Part shown: positions 1 to 9,984 of the stretch, in pieces | Position numbering within the stretch: position 1 is the first letter of the stretch | Layout: every line of letters begins with the position of its first letter | NCBI RefSeq assembly: GCF_000315625.1 | Contig: NW_005434574.1 | Coordinates: forward strand, 1 to 42,196 | Length of the DNA stretch: 42,196 bases | Source: Guillardia theta CCMP2712 | Taxonomy: Eukaryota; Protista; Cryptophyta | Reading direction: 5' to 3' | Translations under genes and position numbers: made by a program | The notes under the pieces: generated by a model | What the model was told of the DNA's origin: nothing | Seen by the model: only the letters and a program-made list of their open reading frames with translations | The model's database searches: none

Positions 1-50
1 GGAGGAGGAGGGAGGGGGGGGTGGGTGGGGGGTGGGGGGATCTCGTTTAC

Positions 51-307
51 CTGAAGAGCTTGTTCATGAGATCCTCAAGGTTTCCAACTCTTGCCGCCTC
101 CCAGATAGATTGCTTCCCCAGCCCCTTCCTGTTCTTCTCCTCCTCCGCATGCTCCGCCATACGCTGGTTAAACAGATTCTTCCTCCTGCTTGCCCGCCAG
201 CTTGGCTCGGACTTGAAGAGCTGGTCGATGGACATGTGCAAGAGATCTTGTACGCCATCCTCCTCCTCCTCCTTCCTCTCACCCTTGCTCGTTTCAACCC
301 TCCTCAT
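51..307 (-). CDS. Partial gene, 5' or internal exon; possible ankyrin-repeat protein continuing beyond the window start
   Basis: Reads ...KQSIWEAARVGNLEDLMNKLF and ends at a CAG|GTAAAC donor at 50. IWEAARVGNL resembles the start of an ankyrin repeat. Confidence 0.35.
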
Positions 308-442
308 GGCCCCTCCTTGATTCCTCAGCTGCTACAGACCCTCCTCGATCTAGCCTATCCCGATCTCCCCCCTGCTCCCTCTAGATGCCCCGCCTGAAGC
401 AGCCTAGTCCTTGCCCTTGCCCTTGCCCTTGCCCTTGCCCTT

Positions 443-476
<34 letters not shown>

Positions 477-1213
477 GCTGCCGAACCAACGGCTCCTTCC
501 TATGCTGAAAAGTATATCGGGGCCCTCATCCCCCCACACCCCGAGCTCTCGAACCGAGCCCGCGCAGTGAGATCATCCTACCCCCCTCCTACCCCCAAGG
601 TAGGAGCCAATTACCCCCCTAGTATCAGGACCTACCCCCCTACCTACCCTCCGCAGATTTGAGTAAAACGTTATCGATGGGATTAGCGGGAGAATGGCGG
701 CGAGGGGCATGACGACGATGAGGACGACGACGACGACGATGACGACGATGAGGAGGACGACGATGAAGAGGAGGAGGAGGACAGGCTGATAGAGGAACGA
801 CAGGAACAGATCGATACTTGCTAAGGTGAAAGACGCTCGCGCTGCTCTCGTTCCTCTGTGCACGTGTTCGAATGCGTCCCTGGGCCTTCCCACGCGCCCT
901 GCGCCCTGCGTACTGTTCCTGCATCAGAGACGTGCGATGTCGAGGAAGAGATGTCATTGTTGTGCTGTGAGAGAGGAGGGGCTGAACGTCTCTGTGCAAG
1001 TTCTTGGTGGTAGGAGTGTGGTAGACGAGTGCTTTTACAAGATCGGAATTTTGAAGTCCCCAATTGTGAGTTTGTGTTTAGCTAGACATTCTCAGTCGCT
1101 AATGTGCCTTGATCCATATTGCTTTTTTCCTGTCGTCTGACATCTCTCCTTTTTTCCTCCTCCTTCCTTCTTCCATGTGCAGATTCCCACAATTGAAATT
1201 CATGCTGCTCGAA

Positions 1214-1599
1214 ATGGCAGCAAGGAGCAAACTAATTTTCCTTTTCATTTCTTCCATGATCTTTTGGGGTATTCCCTCCGCTACGTCCTCTCCTTTCATG
1301 AGAGTGCTTCCAGATTGTCCTGTATCACATCAACTCTACCTCCCCGAGCACAACCCCATGGCAGCCATTGACCATGGGCCGCTGCCGTCCCCGAGTCAAC
1401 AAGGTTCTCAAGCGCCTCTGCTCGCTATTGTGCTGACCCAGCATGATGCAGCGCCCGGAGCCCTGCGACTGCGAGGAGGCTCGCTGTTCGGGTCCGCGAG
1501 CAAAGACATGCAAGGTCAAGGTAAGGACACGAGGCTGCTGGTTGTTGCTACAGGACCCTGTTGCTCCTCCAGGATCCTGCTCCTGCTCCTGCTCCTGCC

Positions 1600-1634
<35 letters not shown>

Positions 1635-4600
1635 CCCTGCTCCTTCCTACTCCAGGATCCTGCTCGTGCTCGTGCTCGTGCCCGTGCTCCTGCTCCTGCT
1701 CCTGCTCCTTCCTACTCTAGGATCCTGCTCCTGCTCCAGCCCCAGGATCCTGCTCCTGCTGTGCCTGCACCTTCGCTCACCACTCGTGTGCTTCTTCTGC
1801 TTTGATGCCTCCATGCTCAAACGTGCCTGGTCTCCCTGCCCATAGAGTAAGACTTGAATGTGCAGATGCTCAGAACCCCAACGCTGCTCCTTCCGGGGGA
1901 GCTTTTTCTAGTGGAGGTGCGAAGGAGGGGGAGGAGGAGGAGGGGGAGGAGGAGGAGGAGGAGGAGATGCTGCTGCTGCTGCTGGTGGTGGTGGTAGAGG
2001 AGGTTGTCATTTGAAGGCTGATGAGACTTCAGGAGCATTTGGAAGTGGAGCTTTTGGAATTTCAAATCCTAGTGCGAACAATGCTGCCTCATCCCCCTTC
2101 TCCTTCGGGCAAGCTGGAGGTCAGCTGAAATGCCTACTACTTCCTGCCTGCTTGCCTGTCTTTCTATCCCTCCCTATCCCTCCCTTTCCCTCCCTCCCTT
2201 TCCCTTTCCCTCCCTCCTTTTCCCTCCCTCCTTTTCCCTCCTCTTGTTCTCTGACTCCCCTATGTCAGGTGGGGGTTTCAATGCTGCGAGCTCGCAGCCG
2301 CCCTCCTTCGGCTTCGGGAGCTTCGGAGGCTTCGGTGGATCGCCGAGCATGCAGCCTTCTACTATGACGCCAGCAGCAGCAGCACAAGCTGCTCCTCCCA
2401 GCAGCTCGTTCATGTTCCCTGCAACATCAGGAGGAGGAGGAGGCGGGCAGAGCTTTCCTTCCTTTGGGTTCCATCCCACGACGGACTCTACTGGCGCAAG
2501 CGTCCCCCCCGCCATGCCGGCTACCCCGCAGCCACTGAAGTCTCCCTTCAACGCTGCTCAAGGTCTTGACTTGCCACTCCTCCCCTCGCTTTCTGCTGAC
2601 CTGCTGTCAGGTGTGGCTGGAGATGCTGCAGGGCCCGGCAGTTTCGGGCAGACGATTGCGCTACTTCGAGAGGACAACATGGAGACTTTCTTGTCCTCAA
2701 ATGCTCGACCAGTGAAAGCTATCCTTTTCACCAAGAAGACGGTTCAGACTCCTTCTCTCCTCTCCTCTCCTCTCCTCTCCTCTCCTCTCCTCTCCTCTCC
2801 TCTCCTCTCCTCTCCTCTCCTCTCCTCTCCTCTCCTCTCCTCTCCTCTCCTCTCCTCTCCTCTCCTCTTCCTTCTATTTCCTCCCTCATTCCCTCCCTGC
2901 TGCTCCTTCTCAGCTGATCTCTCACACCAGGAGACTCCGGCGGTCTGGCAGCGAGTCTTCGACGCTAACAAGGAGGAGTGCTTGTTCGGAGAGGTGCGGC
3001 ACACAGAGCACAAACTCTTGTCGCAGTTCGGCCTCCACGAGGATCAGCTCCCCAAGGTGATGATGCAGCTGGCCTCGGGGTCTTGCGTCTTCTACGAGGG
3101 CACCAACAACTTCGAGCGCATCAACGTGTTCGTCAAGTCAAACTCCCTCAAGTCCCTCACTGACCAGCCCGGCGCTCCCGGTGGCCTACAGACGCCATCG
3201 GCTGGCAGGGGACTGACCGGCGTCGGCCTCGGCTCGCTCTTCGGCTCCGTGCCTGACAGCAAGCTTCCTCCTCCCCTTCAGCAGGCTCCAGACCCAACCA
3301 GCTCCCCGATCCCAGCCGCACACCCCCCAGCTGACGCGCAGCAGCTCGGCTTCGCCTCCCTCCCGCAAACTCCGGCCATGAAGTTTGGGAGCCAGGCAGG
3401 ATTTCAGCTCACCAGCGAGCTGGACACTCCGATGCTGCATGGGAGAGCTCCTGCTCCTACTCCTGCTCCTGCTCCTACTCCTGCTGTTCGAGAGGAGGGG
3501 CTCCGAGCTCCGAACTTCGAGCTGGGCAGCTCGCCCTTCTTCTCCTCCAAACCCTTCCAGTCGGTTGTTTCCGACCAGCAGCAGCCCATACAGCATCGGG
3601 CAAGGGACCCTCCCGTAGTGGCTCACGAGCGGGAAGAACGGGCTCCTCCAGCTCCAGCTCCAGCTCCAGCTCCAGCTCCAGCTCTAGCTCCAGCTCCAAC
3701 AGTAACTCCGAGCTTCTTCTCGAGCGATCTTCGGCCCTTGCAGGAGCAAGGCTTCCAGCAGCCTTCTCGGGCAGGCGCGGCTGCAGCAGCTGACAACCAG
3801 GTGAAAGAGTCGCAGGCGTTGACAGTTAGCGGGGTGAGCAAGAGTTCGATGAGCGCTGAGATGGAGGAGGAGCACTGGAAGTTGAAACGTCTCGTGCTCC
3901 AGCACCCACTCCACCTCCCCTCAAGGTTGGAGCTCGCGGAGTTCCTTGCGTATCAGACACAAGACTTCGAGGCTGCAGATGAGGTAGGGGAGAGGAGAGG
4001 AGGGCAGGGGAGGAGAGGGGAGGAGAGGAGGCGGGATGGGATGGGGCGGAGAAGTATCTCCTTGAGCTGATGGTGTGGGGCAGGAGTACGACCGGGCTAT
4101 GGAGCTGGCAGAGAGGAACGAGGACGAGGACGGCAAGACGCATGTGCTCTGCTCGAGAGCCAACTTCCTCTTCATGCAGATGGGCAACTTCACAGGAGCA
4201 GAGTCTTGCTACCGGGAGGCCCTCGACCTGCACCCTCGAGACGTCACTCTCTGCTACAATCTCGGGCTCATGCTTGACTCCCAGCAGCGCTACAAGGATG
4301 CCGAGAGGATGTACAAGCGCGCCCTGAGGATCGACCCGCTGCACGCGCCCACCCTCGTCAACTATGCCGTGCTGCTGCAGGAGGAGCGCGGCGACAACGA
4401 GCAGGCAGAGGCCCTGTACCGCACGCTCCTCTCCTCCTCCTCCTCCCCTCCCGTCACCGCCCTTGTCAACTTCGGTCGCCTGCTCGCCGGGGTGAAGCAG
4501 AACCTGACGGGCGCCGACGAGATGTTCCAGCGAGCCCTGAATGCATCCCCCAGCTGCCTCCCAGCCCTTGTGAGCCGAGCTGAAGTCCAGCTGGGGATGG

Positions 4601-7600
4601 GGGAGGTGGAGACAGCGGAGGAGTGCCTGCAGGCGGCGTTGCGGAAGGCGCCCAAGGACGTGGACGCTCTGTGCGCATACGCGGCTCTGATGGAGAGAGA
4701 GTTCGAGGACACGGAAGGAGCGGAGAGGATGTACAGGAAGGCTCTGTCAGCGTGCTCGGGAGGAGACAGGAGGAGGAGAGTGAGGGTGCTGTGCCGGTAC
4801 GCGGGGCTGCTGGCGTCGGTGAAGCAGGACTACAAGCGAGCAGAAGAGCTTGTGGAGGAGGCGCTGGCGATCGACCCGTCGGTCAAGGGAGGAGTGAAGT
4901 TCCTGGAGATGGTTCGCAGTAAGCAGCTGGTGGGACGAGCGTTGCCCCCCAGCCTGAGCTCGCACGTCTCACTACCTCAAGGAGGAGCAGCAGGAGCAGG
5001 AGGGGAGGGAGAGGTCGATCTGGATGCTATCATCGAGTGGTTCCAATCCGCTTGCTCGTTGGAGTGCGAGCAGGCAAAGTCGCGATGGGGCAGAACAGAG
5101 GAGGAGGAGGCGAAGGAGGCGATAAGGCGTATAGAGTTGTATGCCAGCCAAGCTCTGGAGAGGATCAAAGCTGTCGACAAGGTCACATGCTCTCTCCCTC
5201 CTCCTCTCCCCTCCTCTCCTCTCCTCTCCTCTCCCCTCCCGTCGCCTCCCCTGCACTGCACCGCACTGCTCTGCTCTGCTCTGCTCTGCTCTCCTAATCT
5301 GGCTGAGCAGGATGTGAGAGTTCGTATCGAGGAACTCAAGGAGACATGCCGAGCGGGTAAGGGAGGAGGAGGAGGAGGAGGAGGAGGAGGAGGAGGAGGA
5401 GGGAGTGAGCTAATCTTCTTGCAGTTGACAAGATGAGACAAGAAAGGAAGGAGGAAGAGAGGAGAGAAGAGGAGAGGAGACGTGAGAGGAAGGAGGAGGA
5501 GAGGAGAGAAGAGGAGAGGAGACGGGAATGGAGGCAGGAGGAGAGGAGGGAAGAGGAGAGAAGGCAAGAGGAGAAGAAGACTTCGAATCCGTTCTTGTCA
5601 TCTCCGAGGATCAATCAAACGGATCACTCGACGGGTCTTGGCAGTCTCTTTGGCTTCAACTTGAACCCGTCAGCAGCAGCAGGAGCAGGAGCGGCAGCAG
5701 CAGCAGGAGCAGGAGCAGGAGCGGCAGCAGCAGCAGCAGGAGGATCGAGAGGCACCGCCGGCTTGTTCCCCATGCCAGACAAGGCTCGTGTGGAGGAGGC
5801 AGCGGCTGCTCCTGCTCAAGGTGGGCATCTTGTTTACAGCTCGATGGATGACGAAAGCCCGCAGGATTCTTCTTCTCCTCCTCTGGTCAACCTCCTCCTG
5901 CTCCTCCGTCCTTCTCTTTCTCCTCCTCGTCTGTCCAACAGGGAGCGCCGCTGCTTGTACAGGAGGGCTTCTGGGAGGAGGAGGGAGGAGAAGGAAACCC
6001 TGCCAACTGCGCTCCTCTCCTGAACCGGAACAACTTCTTCCTGAAAGATCCGTTTGTGTCTGGTGTGGTGGAGATCGGAGCAGAGAGGAAGAGGTACTCG
6101 ATCTAATCTGCTCTCCTCCCTCCTCCCTCCTCCCTCCTCCCTCCTCCCTCCTCCCTCCCTCCCACCTCTCCTCCCACCTCTCCTCCCTCGTTTCTCCTCC
6201 ACTTACACCTTCTCCTTGCTTTCCTTCCAAGCTTCTCCCCTTGACTTCCTACTTCATTACTCTCCTCCCTCTCCTCTCCATACATCCATTGCTCCCTCTC
6301 GCTCCCTCTCGCTCTCTCGCTCCCTCATCTGACTTCCCTCTTCCTCAGTGTTCGAAGCTCCTCGGAGGCTCTCAATGCTGCGAGCATGGCGCGTGTGAGG
6401 ACGTGGGTGGAGATCTCGGGAGGGTCGCAACTGAAGGTAGCGGAGAAGAGGAGGGAGGAGATAGCGGGTGAAGGGAAGGAGGAAGGGAGAGGAGGAGTGA
6501 GAGGAGGAAGGGTAGAGGAGGAGAGGGGCAGGAGGCGGGAGGCAGAGAAGGAGGCAGGGAGGAAGGAAGAGGAAGAAGAAGAGGAGAGAGGAGGGGAGGT
6601 TCATTGACGTGAGTGCTTTCAGTCGCTGCCACAACCTCAAGCTCTTCCTGAAGGAACTCGAATCCTTCAGGCAGATGCAGGTGAATAGAGGGGAGGAGCA
6701 CCCAGGGGAGGGGAGGGGAGGAGGAGGGAAAGGGAGGAGAGGAAAAGGGAGGAGGAAGAGCAGGAGCACGAGGAACACGACCACGAGAAGGAGGTGGAGA
6801 GACTTTGGTGTGAAACTGACGGTTATGACAGAAAGGACGTTCAAGAACCCTGCCTTCCGGGAGAGTATGGTGCGGATACTCAGCAAGGTAAGACACGAAG
6901 ACATGAAGATGGAGGAGGAGGGGGGAGCAAGGGGAATGAAGACGAGAGTGGGTAAGGAGGGAGAGGAGGGAGACAGACAGCAGGTAGGGGGAGCAGGAAG
7001 GAGGGGAAGCTTTACAACGATGGGGAGGAGGATGGTGACGTGAGGTGCAGGTGGCGGACGGAGACTACCATCAGGGGTTGGGCTACGTAGCAAGCTTCCT
7101 GCACCTCTACCTCTCCGAGGAGGAGGTCGCGCGTGTCCTCGTCGCTATGGGGAGAAGCGAGAAACATGCCAAGGGATACTGGAAGGCGAAACCAGAAGCC
7201 TTCGCGCGAGACGCCATGGTGTTTGAACGCCTGCTTGAGGTTACTAGACTCCCTCCGTCCCTCCGTCCCTCCGTCCCTCCGTCCCTCCTCCGTCCCTCCT
7301 TTCCCCTGACTCGCTCGCCTGCAGCAAAGGGACCCTGAGATCGCTGCTCGCCTTCGATCAGCTGGAGTTGTACCGGAGGCGTACGCGCAGAAGTGGTTCG
7401 TGGTGAGTAGAGGGTCTAGAGCTCTCGAGCCGCAGCTAACGGGCGCGGCAGGGGCTGTGCGTGCACGTACTTCCCTTCAGGTACCTGATGGACCTCATGG
7501 AGCGATACTTGCAGCGGGGATGGACGTACATCCTCCGCTTCGGGCTGGCCCTCGTGGAGCAGCTGCGGGGGAAGATGAAGCAGCTGGCGCCGCACGACTC

Positions 7601-9008
7601 GTCGAAACTTCTGGCGCTGCTGCGGCTCGATCCCAACTTTTTCCCCGACGACTCCTCGGACGCGTTTCTGGAGATTCTGAGCAGGGCGGAGAAGATCGAG
7701 CTGAATGAAGGAGAGATGGAGAGGATGCGGTCAGAAGAGATGAAGAAGCTGCAGGAGAAGCTGCAGGCTGTGAGAGAGCGAGAGCAGCAGATGCAGAACG
7801 AGTCGGGGGACGAGGAGGACGAGGAGGACGAGGAGGACGAAGCGGCTGAAGTAGAGGAGAGGAGGGAGAAGCTTGCAGTGACGTCGGACCAGGAGGGGAT
7901 CAGGACAGGCGAGGAGGAGGAGGACGTGCTGTTCTCCAGGAGGTCGAAGATGTTCCGCTTCAACGACGAGAAGAAGGAGTGGAAGGAGAGAGGGCTGGGA
8001 GAGCTCAAGCTCTTGCTCAACAGGAGGACGGGAAGGATTCGCGTCTTGATGAGGAGGGAGGAGACTCTCAAGGTTTGTGCCAACCACGTGGTGACCAAGG
8101 ACCTGGAGCTTCAGCCCATGGCAGGGACGGACAAGGCCTGGACTTACTTCACCGCCGACTACTCGGGGATCAACGAGATGGGCGAGTACACGGGAGAAGT
8201 TTACACGGAGCTCTTCGCCTTCCGGTTCAAGGACCCGCAGGCGGCACGAGACTGGAAGGACGCGGTTGAGAAGTGCAAGGCTGGGGACTTGTCAGGGTTC
8301 TCGAGGAAGGACGCGATGCTTGACCGACCCAAGAGAAAGGAGGAGCCTGACCTGGTGGACGAGAGACAAGTGGCTGGAGTCGGGGCGGAAGAGGGAGAAG
8401 ATGGCGGAGGAGGAGATGGCGCAGCAGCAGGGATCGAGAGAGGAGGAGGAGGAGGAGGAGGAGGAGGAGGAGGCATCGACTTCTCGGTGCTCCGAGGCTT
8501 CGCCACCAGCGAGATGGGCAGCGGCAAGGCCGAGGAAGGAGACGAGCAGATGGGAAACCTCACTGCTCAGCTGGGAAGTTCTTTCTTCTCCCTCTCCCCC
8601 AAGCAGACACCCAGCAGCGGCGGAAGCTGGTCTGACCTGAACGCTTCACAGGTGTCAGATCTCAACTCGGTCCTCAACTCCTCCGTGTTCAACCCCTTCC
8701 GCCTCTTCAATAGCAGCTCCTTCACCCCCTTCAGCTGGCAGAATCCCCCAGCTCCCTCCCGCCTCTCCAATCCCTTCGCTGAGGGCGCGACGGACGAGGG
8801 GACGTGGAGGTGCGGGTTGTGCTGGACGACCAACGGCAACTCGAGCAAGTGCGTCGTTTGTGGGGCCCCGCAGGAGGAGAAGGCAGAGAAATTCTCGGCG
8901 ATGCCTGACAAGAGTTCGTCATGGGGCTTCGGGACGAGGAAGAACAATGTGCTGGAGGAAGTGGAGGAGGAGGAGGAGGAGGAGGAGACGGAAGAGTCGG
9001 AGGACTAG
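1214..9008 (+). CDS. ~1880-aa Nup358/RanBP2-like multidomain protein: signal peptide, LRLRGG, FG-rich tracts, thioredoxin-like, TPR, TBC (RabGAP fold), RanBP1 domain, RanBP2-type zinc finger
   Basis: Phase-consistent GT-AG model, exons 1214-1520, 1866-1916, 2033-2119, 2269-2562, 2611-2741, 2931-3983, 4084-4918, 4982-5181, 5311-5356, 5425-5885, 5942-6093, 6349-6436, 6623-6680, 6832-6887, 7051-7239, 7325-7402, 7452-9008 (5643 nt). Motifs: TPR (AESCYREALDLHP, AERMYKRALRIDP), TBC ILQADAERTF and DYHQGLGYVASFL, RanBD TGEEEE/WKERGLG/RVLMRREETLKVCANH, zinc finger WRCGLCWTTN..CVVC. Confidence 0.8.
2752..2867. repeat. (CTCCT)n intronic microsatellite
   Basis: Pentamer run inside intron 2742-2930. Confidence 0.9.
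6623..7700 (+). other. TBC (Tre-2/Bub2/Cdc16) GAP domain within the large gene
   Basis: The Arg-finger motif IxxDxxRT appears only after splicing intron 6681-6831 (RILQADA|ERTFKNP). Gln finger YHQG; downstream PEAYAQKWFVGLCVHVLPF and ILRFGLAL. Confidence 0.85.
7896..8280 (+). other. RanBP1-type Ran-binding domain within the large gene
   Basis: GIRTGEEEEDVLFSRRSKMFRF..KEWKERGLGELKLL...RIRVLMRREETLKVCANH...DKAWTY...ELFAFRFKD matches the RanBD consensus. Confidence 0.92.
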
Positions 9009-9984
9009 TCTCTTGAGAATAAAGTTTCAGCTGGAGAACATGAGAGGAAGGCTTGAGAGGAGGGAACGCTGAGGGGAAGCAGACAGAAGAGGATACGATA
9101 GGTGACAGGAGTCGAGGAGGTTGAAAGAAAGCGAAGGCTGAGAACAGGGAGAAATGTAAGAGCGATCCAGGAATGGAGGAGCAGAGATTAGTGAGGAGTC
9201 AGGAAGAGGAGAGGAGAGGAGAGGAGAGGAGAGGAGAGGAGAGGCGAGGAGAGGAGGGAGGGAGGGGAGGGGAGGGGAGGAGGGAGGAGGAGAGGAGGAG
9301 GAGGGGAGGNNNNNNNNNNNNNNNNNNNNNNNNNNNNNNNNNNNNNNNNNNNNNNNNNNNNNNNNNNNNNNNNNNNNNNNNNNNNNNNNNNNNNNNNNNN
9401 NNNNNNNNNTCTGCAAGAGTTCCACATTGGACGTCAGATATAGTGCACAGATATAATAGCAACATCATAACCATGATTGTGAACGAAGAAAAGTTTACAA
9501 CAACCCAAGATAGATGCAAGATGTCCACATGAACATTCAGATGGGTTCCTTTATTCGGAGATGTTATTTTCTTAGTACACCAGGTCCCGGCGCATCCACG
9601 AAATGACTACAGGGTCCATGCGTCATAGGGTTGTGCTCGTGAAGTTCGGACTTTGTTCACACGCTTGAATTCAGGAGAGGAGAGGAGAGGAGAGGAGAGG
9701 AGAGGAGAGGGGTCAAGAATTATGTTGTGGGGAAGGAAAAAGTATGAACTTTGTGGGAGAGAAGTCGTGAAGTATGGCAAGGAGAGGAGAGAAGAGGTGA
9801 AGCGTAAAGACAGAAAGGAAAAGTCAGGTACCTTTACGTGTAGTGAGTTATGGGAACAAGGAAATGTTTACAAAGTGGAAGGTGAGGAGGGTCTGAGGGG
9901 AGGGGAGATTGGTAGGAACCAAGCAGAGTCAAATGTAGTGAGGTACAGGTACAAGTTTGATACACAAAAGAGGAAAAAATGTTT

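Noticed and set aside
685-1063. Acidic (GAC/GAG)n frame and nearby short ORFs
   Set aside because: No start or splice context and no domain; low complexity.
1099-1519. Minus-strand ORFs 1099-1299 and 1325-1519
   Set aside because: They are antisense to the signal peptide/LRLRGG exon, which splices in phase into the large gene.
6609-7043. Apparent loss of the TBC Asp (VMTERTF in the ORF track)
   Set aside because: Artefact of reading through an intron; splicing restores ILQADAERTF.
9310-9409. N runs (also 29481-29709, 31804-31903, 37402-37659, 40852-40951) and ORFs crossing them
   Set aside because: Assembly gaps flanked by microsatellites; not biological features.
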